A stretch of 64,000 nt of DNA from Veleropilina oligotropha (lineage: Eukaryota). The stretch is from contig JBEUKZ010000123.1 of NCBI GenBank assembly GCA_048128005.1, forward strand, positions 248,001-312,000, written 5' to 3'. Numbering within the stretch: position 1 is the stretch's first letter; each line of letters begins with the position of its first letter. The notes beneath the pieces were generated by a model. It ran no database searches, was not told the DNA's origin, and saw only the letters and a program-made list of their open reading frames with translations. Shown here one piece after another: positions 38,101 through 48,096 of this stretch. The position numbers and the translations under genes were made by a program.

Positions 38101-41100
38101 ACACTGTGTAGTAAACAGTCGCAGTTGTCCATAACTGGCCGGAGACAGTGGTTTTCGTGGGCGACCGGACTTTCATCCTGGACATGTCCTAGTATTAGCC
38201 TCAAGGTTGTTAAAACGGTATATTGAACATTAGAGATGGGTATCGCGAAAATTTTCGTATCGCGATATATTGCAATACAAACAATCATATAGCAATACGT
38301 ATTGCAATATATTGCCAACTGCTCAATATCAACGTAGTCCACATATCGTATGGCAATACACAGTCAAATGTATTTTCCTATTAGTATTACTAAATTGACC
38401 CTACTACTGGCACATGTTAGCAGGGTTTGTAAGCTAAGACCATAAAAATGTATTTATCAAGTGTGAAAATATAACGCAATTTGCGATACAAAAACCCAGG
38501 AAACAGTGACAGCGAATTTAAGGTATGATCACATGAATGCATTCGAATGTTTACCGAATGAATAAGACATCCATCGATATTTTCCGGTGTCATTACTCTT
38601 CCAATACGCAAGTTTTAGCAAAGTGCAACGAAGGCATTCGGGGGATTTTCCAATACAAAATAAACCATAATGGTCGTCTTCAGAATGGAAACAAAGTAAA
38701 AATGGCGAAATACATTATCTTTGGACAAAATAACTAATTTTATTCATATTGTAGACAATTGCGTAACTTACTAAATATTATGCAAACGGTCAAGATGCGC
38801 GCCATGAGACTTTAAATTTTTCTCACCACAAAATGAATTCGCAGGCGCAACAAATTTGGTGGCACTGGTAGACATATAAAATGAGATCTTTGGTGTCCCG
38901 CATGTTATCGGACAATTATTTGTTGTATTTGAACGTTCTAAGCACGTAGTTGTGTCTGCCTAAAAAATATCGCCAAAAAACCCGGTATGCCAGCAGAGTA
39001 TCGTGATACGTTTATTGCGGATAGCTACATCGCGGTATACCGGTTATATCGCGTACCCCTATATAACATCAATCCTAACATCTAGAGTTCCTAGCAAAGC
39101 AATAAATGTATTACCCACCTCCATTTTGTCCTCAGGAACACCAAATATCACACAGTCGCCTCCGTCATGAATCTCGTTCTTCAGTTCGTCATTACATTCA
39201 GCCTCCTTCATAACTGATGAATATATTCCGTAGAAGTCGGTGTGATTCGAATATGTCAGGAATTCATGATAATGCGCAATGACTGTGTTCATGTCGTCCC
39301 CTGAATCAACGCCAACGGTACGATTCATCAAGGTATTGTGGGCTTCGATCACTGTGCTAACCTCGACGTCAAACTCTCCAACGTCCTGAAATTAAACGTT
39401 TGGTTCATAACAATTTATACATTATGGATTGTAATGAATCAAGATACTGCTATTATCTTTTCATAAAGATTCAAAAACTACAATAGTCATTTCATAAAGA
39501 TACAAAAACTACAATAGTCATTTCATAAAGATACAAAAACTACAATGGTCATGGGATGGATAGGAAGCCAGCAACCAAATGTCAGACTTATTCCAAAATA
39601 GTAACAGCGAAATGGTGTTTACTGCCTACCCAACAATGTTATGGTAAGGATAATTATGATAAGTACTTAAGTCTTTGATCACCATGTAAAGAAAGAAAAT
39701 TCCATCATTTGAACATAAGAATCATATATGCAAATTTTATCATCAAATAAAAAGAAATATGTACTAGTATTTCAAAACTTACTTCTTTATTTTTCTCAGC
39801 AAGGCAAAGTTGCAATGCAATAAGTTGGTCACTAGGTGTCAGCACAGTTTCTCGTTCATTTTTCATCAGGCCGTACATTCTGTAGAGCTTTATAAAACAG
39901 TGAGCTAATGTCTGGAATACGGTCTCATTCTCAGCCGGCTGGCAATGTCCGCCGATTATGGTGAGGGGAAAAGTTCCTGCAAGTAATATGGTGTTCAGCA
40001 TTATTTAAATATTCTAATTTAGCAGCATAAAACAAATTTGTTAAGATATTTGTCTGTGTGATAACCGTAGATTAAACTTTCTCAACAAGGGCTAAGCTGC
40101 TTTCATATTTGAGAATGCTGAGCAGATTAAAGAATGTTTGGTCATAAATAATGTACCAAGGACTTCAAAAACGATAACATCTGTTGAAAGCCAGAGATAC
40201 ATAAAAATTGTCCAAGAACAAAAACATCATGGGAGATTTGACTATAATTGTGAAGTTGTAAAAACAATTGCTCAGGATGTTGATCAAGACAATAAACCCA
40301 CGCCTTTACCATAGATCAGCATTTAATCCAACTATCAAAACAATCACACTATCTATACTAGTATAGATCTGCAATCACTGCCTTGGGCCATTACTTGATT
40401 GATCAATACTCACAATCGCAAAACAAACACTGCAACTGCAGAAGCACTAATTATAATCAGATATAATCTTCAGCTAATGAGCTATAAACCTGAATCTATA
40501 GTAGCTGTGATGCTATACTAATTGAATTAAAAGTGACAAATTAATAAATTTATTATGAGTAAAAGAAAGTTGACGAAGACATGAAAATTGAACTGAAAAG
40601 AAGATCTATATATTCAACAATTAACAGCTAATTAATCTGGTTTGTGCATTAGCAGTTATATGTTATGTCATCATGGATTGCTTGGTATTTATAATAAAAG
40701 TAATAGATATTAAAATTGGATGTTTTTAATAGTTCAATAAACAAAGGCTTAAACAAAACTTGGTGATTCTTTAAAATAATAAAGATATGATGTTATGAAG
40801 TAAATGAACATGTGTTAATGTTGTCAAAATGTGGTATTTATTCATAACAGTGTCAACTTGCAGTTACAGTTGGAATTCTGAATAAACATTAATTACCTTT
40901 CATATGGTGTTCCAAATAAATTAAAGTACAACCTCAATACAATGGTGTCCAGTCCAGTGTAATTTAAATTCAATGTAAAACATTTTTTGGAGGACCCGTT
41001 TGGAGAGCAAATTATACCATGGCAAGCCTGTATACTTAATACCACAACATTGTGGTGTTATTAATGGTGAAATAACTATGTAGTTTAACTGTTACTAACC

Positions 41101-41217
41101 TTGGTGTTCTGGGGATAATTCTGCAACATTCTCTCGAATTTTTATGAGTATTTTGTCAGTTGAATCTTTCTCAAAATATGGTACAACATAGACTCGGTTT
41201 CTTTTGGACGTTTCCAT
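25902..41217 (-). CDS. PARPBP: PARP1-binding protein / PCNA-interacting partner (PARI), 633 aa, 11 coding exons
   Basis: Exons 41217-41100, 39976-39783, 39385-39119, 37126-36953, 35028-34864, 34604-34450, 34079-33914, 29284-29112, 28487-28406, 28105-27990, 26193-25902 sum to 1902 nt in one open frame with GT-AG borders. Motifs ALQLCLAEKNK, SYLQLLVNSRSQLALA...AFTELR, VATSYVMKVRLGGRGYAP, C-terminal PIP box QQSLAKFF. Confidence 0.9.
26250..26955 (+). mobile_element. HINE-like element with ~150-bp internal tandem units
   Basis: 5' ATCCCTGC...GGGGAT, CCGTCCGTCC, repeated TTTTGCTAATTTCGACGTTG, 3' GCGGGGGATAT...CTTGTT. Confidence 0.65.
27346..27608 (-). mobile_element. Full-length SINE family A copy with 12-bp TSD
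   Basis: ACTTATAGATGC at 27334-27345 and 27609-27620. Confidence 0.88.
27990..28105 (-). CDS. PARPBP: PARPBP exon
   Basis: tatcag|TPIQNKRYKSHLDWAHPD...VQT|gtaat, phases match neighbours. Confidence 0.8.
28406..28487 (-). CDS. PARPBP: PARPBP exon
   Basis: tttcag|(R)SPIECSPDDVCNKSLAERLLNSSISAR|gtaag. Confidence 0.83.
29112..29284 (-). CDS. PARPBP: PARPBP exon
   Basis: ttttag|PANCGGSLIGRKTLRIIRSLLDH...IPSLLSQFR|gt. Confidence 0.88.
29345..30479. mobile_element. Non-autonomous DNA transposon with 14-bp TIRs and 6-bp TSD
   Basis: GAACTG|CATACATGTGATAA...TTATCACATGTATG|GAACTG. Confidence 0.8.
30486..30680 (+). mobile_element. Decayed tRNA-derived SINE-like fragment
   Basis: CCTCGATAGCTCAACTGGTAGAGCG A-box without an intact T-arm or B-box. 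Confidence 0.35.
31578..33364 (-). mobile_element. HINE-like element with ~445-bp higher-order tandem array
   Basis: GGACAAAATTTAAGGGTCAA at 31801, 32249, 32690, 33134; (GTCC)n and terminal hairpin AACCCCAGCTT...AAGCTGGGGTT; inserted in an A-run of a duplicated host unit (31180-31577 / 33365-33700). Confidence 0.75.
33914..34079 (-). CDS. PARPBP: PARPBP exon
   Basis: catcag|SACKRVLNTIKNVIIKCKD...FKSPDK|gtaaa. Confidence 0.85.
34450..34604 (-). CDS. PARPBP: PARPBP exon
   Basis: ttttag|VATSYVMKVRLGGRGYAPDADCPLAAHIKGLGEFTDVMHKLQTIIEEEPNI|gtaag. Confidence 0.93.
34864..35028 (-). CDS. PARPBP: PARPBP exon
   Basis: ttgcag|CCVQHIMMSYLQLLVNSRSQLALARTINTPNRDIDHQAFTELRRMAKEKKLPMYQ|gt. Confidence 0.92.
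35530..36845 (-). repeat. 157-bp satellite-like array within a HINE-like element, interrupted by SINE B
   Basis: AAATGACCTTGA recurs at 157-bp spacing; end ACGGAC...GCCCTGCCTAGTAGGCGGGC. Confidence 0.8.
35779..36100 (-). mobile_element. SINE family B copy
   Basis: tRNA-like head at 36100, AAATGGGTACC core, (TAT)n tail. Confidence 0.8.
36953..37126 (-). CDS. PARPBP: PARPBP exon
   Basis: tcgcag|QAMLKYLC...SPMSATE|gtaccc; an in-phase alternative donor lies near 37046. Confidence 0.75.
38231..39061. mobile_element. hAT (Ac-like) MITE with degenerate 8-bp TSD
   Basis: TAGAGATGGG...CCCCTA ends, many TATCGC/GCGATA subterminal motifs, flanks TTGAACAT / TATAACAT. Confidence 0.6.
39119..39385 (-). 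CDS. PARPBP: PARPBP exon
   Basis: ttcag|...gag|gtgggt; encodes DVGEFDVEVSTV...HYHEFLTYSNHTDFYGIY. Confidence 0.85.
39460..39551 (+). repeat. ~31-bp tandem repeat x3
   Basis: TTTCATAAAGATACAAAAACTACAATAGTCA repeated. Confidence 0.85.
39783..39976 (-). CDS. PARPBP: PARPBP exon
   Basis: ttgcag|...gaa|gtaagt; encodes NERETVLTPSDQLIALQLCLAEKNKE. Confidence 0.88.
41100..41217 (-). CDS. PARPBP: PARPBP first coding exon
   Basis: tttcag|c ATG...caag|gttagt, phase matches next exon; METSKRNRVYVVPYFEKD...; no recognised homology. Confidence 0.7.
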
Positions 41218-41380
41218 GCTGAAATATACCAACATATTAATTCACACGATACGAAAGACAAATGTGGCCTACAGAGTACTGATAGAGTAATTAATGGGAT
41301 CTGCATCGCTGGTCGCAGCCATTTCGCTTCACCGCTAATATAATTAATTGTCAACAACCAAATATCAAATAAGTGATATA

Positions 41381-41898
41381 TAGAGGATACTGAACGAGTG
41401 TCCATTCCATATGAGAATTATGAAACGAGTCGAGCACAATTTATGTACCGAGCCTTGGCGAGGTACATAAATTTGCTGACGAGTTTCATAATTCTCATAT
41501 GAAATGGATAAAAGTTTGATATCTTCTTTATCACATGACTTTATTTACTTTTAAACTTAGTTTATTACGTTTTTAAACTCATTTCTTTATGTTTTTAAAC
41601 TGATTTTTGTCAGTACTTTCAGCCATAAAATGCCATGCCCCAGACGCATCACGCCTCGAAAGCACGCGCCACGCCAGTACGCCAATAAAAAATAGTTCGA
41701 CGTCAGTAATCGACGAGTCAACGCGTATGAATTATTCATTATGTTAATGAGGGCGATTCGCCGCCTAATCAACTTGGCACCAGATGCGATAATCGGCCGT
41801 CATGCTCGCCCTCATTTGCATACTTATGAAACGTGTCTTTTCGTATATAAATTTATGGAACGGCCTCTACCGTTCCATAACAGGTTTGTCATATGATA
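41381..41898. mobile_element. Long-hairpin element, second copy
   Basis: Colinear with 21403-21929 over its full length. Confidence 0.8.
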
Positions 41899-41966
41899 AT
41901 AACATATACGTAGCATTACGATGGGTCATTTATTCTGTATAGACCTTATCATTAGACCTATATATG

Positions 41967-42285
41967 CGGCCGTGGTACAGTGGTAGATGCACTGGCCTCT
42001 CATCAAAAGGATTGGGGTTCAACCCTGATCCCGGCGACTTCCCTTGGGTAAGAAATTTAGCATATATTTGCCTCGGTTCACCCAGCCGATCTAAATGGGT
42101 ACCTGGTTGGTGTGTTATCGAGTCGTACCGCTTACTCATGGCAGCTTGACTGTAATACTCTCAAAGAGAGCGGAGATGGATAGATGATCAGAAAAGGTCG
42201 ATAAAAACCAGGGATAATATTAATAATGGCTGCGCTTAGAGCATGTATATACATGGAATACAGCGCATTATAAATGGATTATTAT
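41967..42285 (+). mobile_element. SINE family B copy
   Basis: A-box CGTGGTACAGTGG, B-box GGTTCAACCC, CACCCAG...AAATGGGTACC core. Confidence 0.78.
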
Positions 42286-43824
42286 ATATAAACCTGAAAG
42301 CGGTTTCTAGAACTTGCCCTCCATATATACTTACATTATAGATAAATACCTATTGTAAATAAGTTATTTAAATATATGTAATGTATGCCTATTATTATTA
42401 TTATCAAATTTCGTTTTAAATATACTTAGTTTACATAAAACAATATATTTATTAAAAATTGCAATATAATGTATATACAAATGGTAAAATATAATTCTAT
42501 TGTATTCTAAATTAGCATACCTAGTAACAATACAGAAACTGTACGCAAAGAGCTATAGTTGATGGTATTTACCTACAAATTTCTCAGGATAATAATATGT
42601 TCCTTCTTAGTTAACTCTTTGCCTGCTGTGCATTCAGTAACTCAGTGAGAATTTGCTTCCACCAGAGGCCAGAGTTAAAATTAAATTAAAAATAGATGTC
42701 ACAAAATGACTGTACCTCTTTATAATAGCGAGACAATAACGGCCCTACTTCAAATCAGGATGTTCACAACACTAATCAAATTTAATAATAATACATTGCG
42801 CAATATTGATGCGACCATTATTCAATTCTCATATATCAAGGCTGGAAGCCTTAATTCAGTTATTTCCGCGACATTACAGACTAGAAAACAATCCATTTCG
42901 CGCGATATTTTCCCTATCCTTTGTTTACTTTCTGGGCGTTTGGATATTAATACGGTTAACATGGCATTATACATGAAATGATGTGTTAAAATAATTGTCA
43001 TAAACCAAACTAAACAATTAAATCGCAATTGCAATTATTGTTTATAAATAGTCCAAATGTCGGACCATCGTGAAAGTGCTAGATCTAGCCTATTTTTATC
43101 ATGTTTTTCTGTGAAATGCGTGAAAATCGATGTTACAGTACTAGTATTCGTCTCGAATAAATGAATGGTTGAGGAACGAACGTGCAACCAAGCTTGAAGC
43201 GATAACCGATTCTCGTAGTATGCAGAACTTATACATTAAACACAATCCACAAAGGTATATATAATCGTACCTGTAATTTGTATTTCTATGTTTACAAAAA
43301 AGAGAGAGACGAAAGGTAGATGATGCAGCAACGCAAGACTTGTCGCACTTGTTCGAAATATGTGCCAAGTGACGCCAATACAAGTTAAACCAATGAAAAG
43401 CTCCGATATGAATTATCCACACGGACGAGTCCATTATGTATAAAAGGAGAAATGACATCGATGATAGGCCTGCAAAACATACATTAAACATTAACAAGAA
43501 CGACGCGTTCGAAATATGTCTTGACCTTTCTTTATTTCCCTCAAATTTTCATAACAGTTAATACAATGGCTAAGTGCAAGTACTTCATGGCTTAAATTAC
43601 TACCCCGTCGATTATGACGTCACCAAAATGACGATTAATCTAAAGCGACGTCATAATGACGTCATTGCTATTTGCTTGCAATATTAGACATCAGTTACAT
43701 ACGAATATGGATTAAAGTGCTCAATAAATGCATATTTTTGCAAAATTGTGTCGCGAAAGTTATATACACGACCTACAAATACTCTTGGGAATGTGTGTAC
43801 CAATTTTGGTGAAATTTGACCATG

Positions 43825-44117
43825 CAGGCCCCGCTTGCATAAAGATACTTAAGTTGAGATTTTCCTCAAGTCAGATTTCATGACGTCACGTTCAAAATGG
43901 CTTGCATAAAACTTCTTACGCTAAGTATCTTAGGAAATATTGCATTATTTCCTTACATATTTCAGACTGCTAGGTAGCTTCCTGCCTCAAATATTTCAGG
44001 AAATAATGCATATATTTCCTATAAGAAGTTTTACGCAAGCCATTTAGAACGTGACGTCATGAAATCTCAGACTTGAGGAAAATCTCAACTTAAGTATCTT
44101 TATGCAAGCGGGGCCTG
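43825..44117. mobile_element. Foldback MITE with ~95-bp TIRs
   Basis: CAGGCCCCGCTTGCATAAAGATACTTAAGTTGAG...CTCAACTTAAGTATCTTTATGCAAGCGGGGCCTG. Confidence 0.85.
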
Positions 44118-44135
44118 GTAGTTTTCAAATAAATC

Positions 44136-44140
<5 letters not shown>

Positions 44141-44194
<54 letters not shown>

Positions 44195-44200
44195 GTATAT
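44141..44200. repeat. (AT)n microsatellite
   Basis: Direct reading. Confidence 0.95.
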
Positions 44201-44959
44201 ACACACGGACCATTTGATAATGTCTTGTCCTTTTTTACAAAAAGGTCAAGACATAAAAAGAAAGCGCACTGTATACAACCTTTGTTTTACATAATTTTGA
44301 CATTACTTTTAAAGTGATATTACACTTAACGGATCACGCATGCACCACAATCATTTAGGGATCATTTACACCTATTACAGACGTTACAAGCATTTATGCA
44401 AATTTGAGTCGTCTAGGTCGATATCTAAACATTTTAGAAGATAACATAAAATTAGCACACGCATCTTCAAAAGCATAACATTACGACTGTAGTGGGTTGC
44501 AATCTCGCATAGAGAGCATTTTTTACACATCGTCGCAGAAAGTTTCCCAGAAAGCATCGCTTCAAAACAAAATGTCGAAAACGCAAGAGCCCCTTGTAAA
44601 CAGCTTTGAAGTGCCTTCGTGGTGGGTATATGCATTGTATTCGAGATAGTGTGCACGTTGAACCACGTCGAATAGACTCCAAGTATCAATAGACTTCACA
44701 GTCACTCGTCATGAGAATCATTCATAGTTCGATTTTAGCGTACAATAAATTTATTCAAGGGAGACAATCCTATCTGGTTTGAAATCCGTTTGAATAAATC
44801 GATCTGTTACTATAGATTGATGGTTCCCCTCTACTTACCTAACTGTCAAATTCTTTTGTCCACGATGCTGACATGCATTCCTAGATATTGGAAACCAGGA
44901 ATAACTTATTGTCAAATGAATTCCAGACTCGTATGTTAAATTGAATGTGTTTGGAATGA

Positions 44960-47330
44960 GACGCAGTCCCATATGTCTGTGCGCGGCGCCATTGCTCAAG
45001 GAAAGGAATAACACGAGGGATATAATTCGATTCAATTATATGAACATAAATGATAAAGATAGAAATTCACGGAAGCGTTGTGACGGTACTTTCAACATAT
45101 TACATGTATATTGCCTTATGAGTTCGATTTGGTTTAGTTCATCCAACAACAGCAGAGCCTTCGTCATTTAAATTAAATAACTGGTCCAATTTTAGGCTAA
45201 TAATTACGCCTAGCCATAGCTAAAATTTCATTCGAATCTTACAATTAGCCTTATAATACGTTTTTGTTCTTTAATCAAGTGTCAAGGCTTCTTCGGGCTG
45301 GTAGGTTGCGACATGACCATAGGGTGGTGTTCCGCAATACCACCTGGCGGTCATGGCATGGCACGTTTGTCTGGGGAGGGTCCGCTGATGGGGGGGGGGG
45401 GGGTCTTGCTGGGCAGATGTTCGTGATGAGGCAAACCTAATTAATATATTTAAAAAATCAAACCTATGAATCTCATTACATTTAGTATCATTTGATTAAC
45501 TTAACTATTTTATGTTTGTATGCCTACAATTATTTTCTCACCATGTTATGTTTTATTGTCTTTGTCCAAAGCTATATCTGCTTGTGCTTATTAAAATTGA
45601 TTGATTGGTTGTCAACGGTGGCAATAGCATTGTACATCCATCGAATAGAAACCATATATCAGAGCGCTCATCAAAATCTGAGATATTGACTTGCGGGCGC
45701 CTACGGTATTTAGTCCCTTTGGTTGTGCATCATGCATGCAAATATTATCCATTGTAAAGTGAAACAATTTTTGCATTCCGAGTGTATTACGGTATTTAAT
45801 GCGAAATTTATTTCGTATATGTCCTTGGCTTGTGCACATGAGCGCACATGGTCGATCGTGAGTACTGATAGGGAACTAAATCATACGCGCATTGATACAG
45901 AGCTCTGTGGATTTTCCAAACATGTGCAACACGTTACGTTTAACACAGATTTCTGCCCAAAAGCAAACTAAAAAATAAAATCTTAATCGTGTTACTATTG
46001 GAAACGTAGACCTACTACAAATTTTTTTTTTTAATTTCGCCATGAGAGACGTTAGACCAAGAACTATATCTTATTGCGCAACGTTCAAATTGCTCAAGTT
46101 GGTTATTTCAGTCAAAATATTTGAGTTGATGTGTTCACAAGAAACAATAGGTCTGCCACACATAAAATGTTACCTATTTATCAGCTTGGCAATGACATCC
46201 TGTGTTCTCAATTGGATTAACAACCAACTAGACAATAACCATTGAAAAATAACAATTAGCACTGCAGAGTGGTACTAATTAATGAACGACGTGCGACGTA
46301 CTCGCTCTGACTGGAAAACTGGAAATATTACCCCAATCTTTAAAAAGGGTAGTCGATCAAATACCCAAAATTACCGACCTATTAGTCTGACATCAATACA
46401 TAGGTTGCAGATGACGTCACACAGTCCCATAATTCTGTGCGCGGCGCCATTACGCAAGGCAAGGAATAACACGAGGGATATAAGATTACAGTATAAATCG
46501 ATTCCATTATGTGAAAATGAATGATAAAGATAGAAATTCACGGAAACATTTTGACGGTACTTTCAATATATTAAATATATATTGTCATTTGGGTTCGCTT
46601 TTGTTTAGTTCATACAACAACAGCAGAGCCTTCGTCATTTAAATTAAATAACTGGTCCAATTTTGAGGCTATTAATTAAGCCTAGCGATAGCTAAAATTT
46701 CAATATAATCTTACAATTAGCCTTATAAATACCTTTTGTGTTCTTTATTCAACTGTCGACGGTAACAATAGCGTTGAACATCCATCGAATTGAAATAAAA
46801 TCAGACCGCCATCAAAGTTTGATACATTGATTCATATTGTTTTAAAACGTAAAAGTATGCGCCTACGTTAGTCCCTTTGATCGGAAATGTTGTCCATTGT
46901 AAAGTGAAAGCAATTTTCGCATTCCGAGTGTATTTCGGTATTTATATATTTAATATAAAATTCGAGCTTATAATTTGTTTCGTACATGCCTTGGCTCTGC
47001 GCATATGGCGACTGCTAGGGAACAAACACATACGCGCAGTGATACAGCTGTGGATTTTCCAAACATGTGCGACACGTTAAGCTTAGTAGTCTTTTTCAAA
47101 AAAACAAAATAAAAATAAAAGCTTTAATGTGTTACCATTGGAAGTGTAGGTATACAGCAAATTTTTTGTTTAATTTTATAAACTTTGAAAGACAGACATT
47201 AGATCAAGAACTATATTTTATTGCGGAACGTTCAAATTGCGCAAGCTGGTTATTTCAGTCAAATGGTTTTGTAGCCTAGATGTGTTTACAAGAAACAATG
47301 GGTCTGCCGCACAAGTAAAATGTTACCTAT
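44960..47330 (+). repeat. Two diverged ~1-kb copies (44960-46177; 46400-47330) of one element
   Basis: Colinear shared blocks from CAGTCCCATA...GCGCGGCGCCAT to TGTTACCTAT; the second copy has short inverted ends ATAGGT...ACCTAT. Confidence 0.8.
46307..46396 (+). mobile_element. Tiny CR1-type LINE ORF2 fragment
   Basis: Encodes DWKTGNITPIFKKGSRSNTQNYRPISLTS. Confidence 0.8.
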
Positions 47331-47553
47331 TTATCATCATTTTATCGTTCGTCTGTTTCCGTTTGACGATTAGCGCAGTTCATTGTTACTATATATAGTC
47401 TATATTATATAGTAACAATGAACTGCGTTAATCGTCAAACGGAAACAGATGAACGATAAACAGCGTTACATTATATAGTAACAATGAACTGCGCTAATCG
47501 TCAAACGGAAACAGACGAATGATAAACAGCGTTACATGCCCCTGTGTTCGGTC

Positions 47554-47582
47554 ATGGCAAATAATATTTCCCGTGTACTACC
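47554..47582 (+). CDS. PPP1R8: Tentative PPP1R8 exon 1 (MANNISRVLP)
   Basis: gtcATGG context and phase-2 end fits exon 2, but the donor (gtatag) is weak and the conserved Trp is missing. Confidence 0.2.
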
Positions 47583-48035
47583 GTATAGGCAAACATTGCT
47601 GTTCGCATGCACTGCGTGCTCGCTATTAAAATCTCGAATCGGTATGCGTATCTATTTTAAACGGTAGTCTGTAGTAGTCTTATAAAATCCATAACCTACC
47701 GCGTGAATCGGTAGGGTTGGCAAGTACTAGTATGCATATTGCCTGAGCCAGTAATGCGAGCGCCGAAGGCGCGAAGCTCCCCCAGGAAAATTTGAGAAAT
47801 TAAGTGCCTCAGACACATTTTCCTGGTATTTAAGAACAAAATATTTTGAGATATTTATGGTATATTGCTAATTTTGTCTTCGATGAAGTCCGTATAGTGT
47901 AATGACGCTAACATTAAGCTTATGCAAGGGCACTTGCTTCCAAAATTTTAGGGGGGTAAATACCCCCCTTACCCCCCCGGTCGCGACGCCCCTGATTATT
48001 ACATATATTATTATAATGTTATATTTGTATTATAG

Positions 48036-48096
48036 GGCTGGGAAAGCTGCTCCTGGATTGCATTTAGATGTCATAAAGGAAGGCAAAATGGTTCAG
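48036..48096 (+). CDS. PPP1R8: PPP1R8 exon 2
   Basis: tatag|g AGKAAPGLHLDVIKEGKMVQ|gtatg. Confidence 0.92.

Noticed and set aside
38062..38190. Apparent extra PARPBP exon (minus strand, ending at a GTAAGT donor)
   Set aside because: Frames from the nearby acceptors contain stops, the sequence resembles a diverged SINE family A core, and PARPBP splices in frame without it.
43612..44062. Cluster of TGACGTCA (CRE) motifs as a PARPBP/PPP1R8 promoter
   Set aside because: Two lie within MITE TIRs and the others in repeat-like sequence; no independent promoter evidence.
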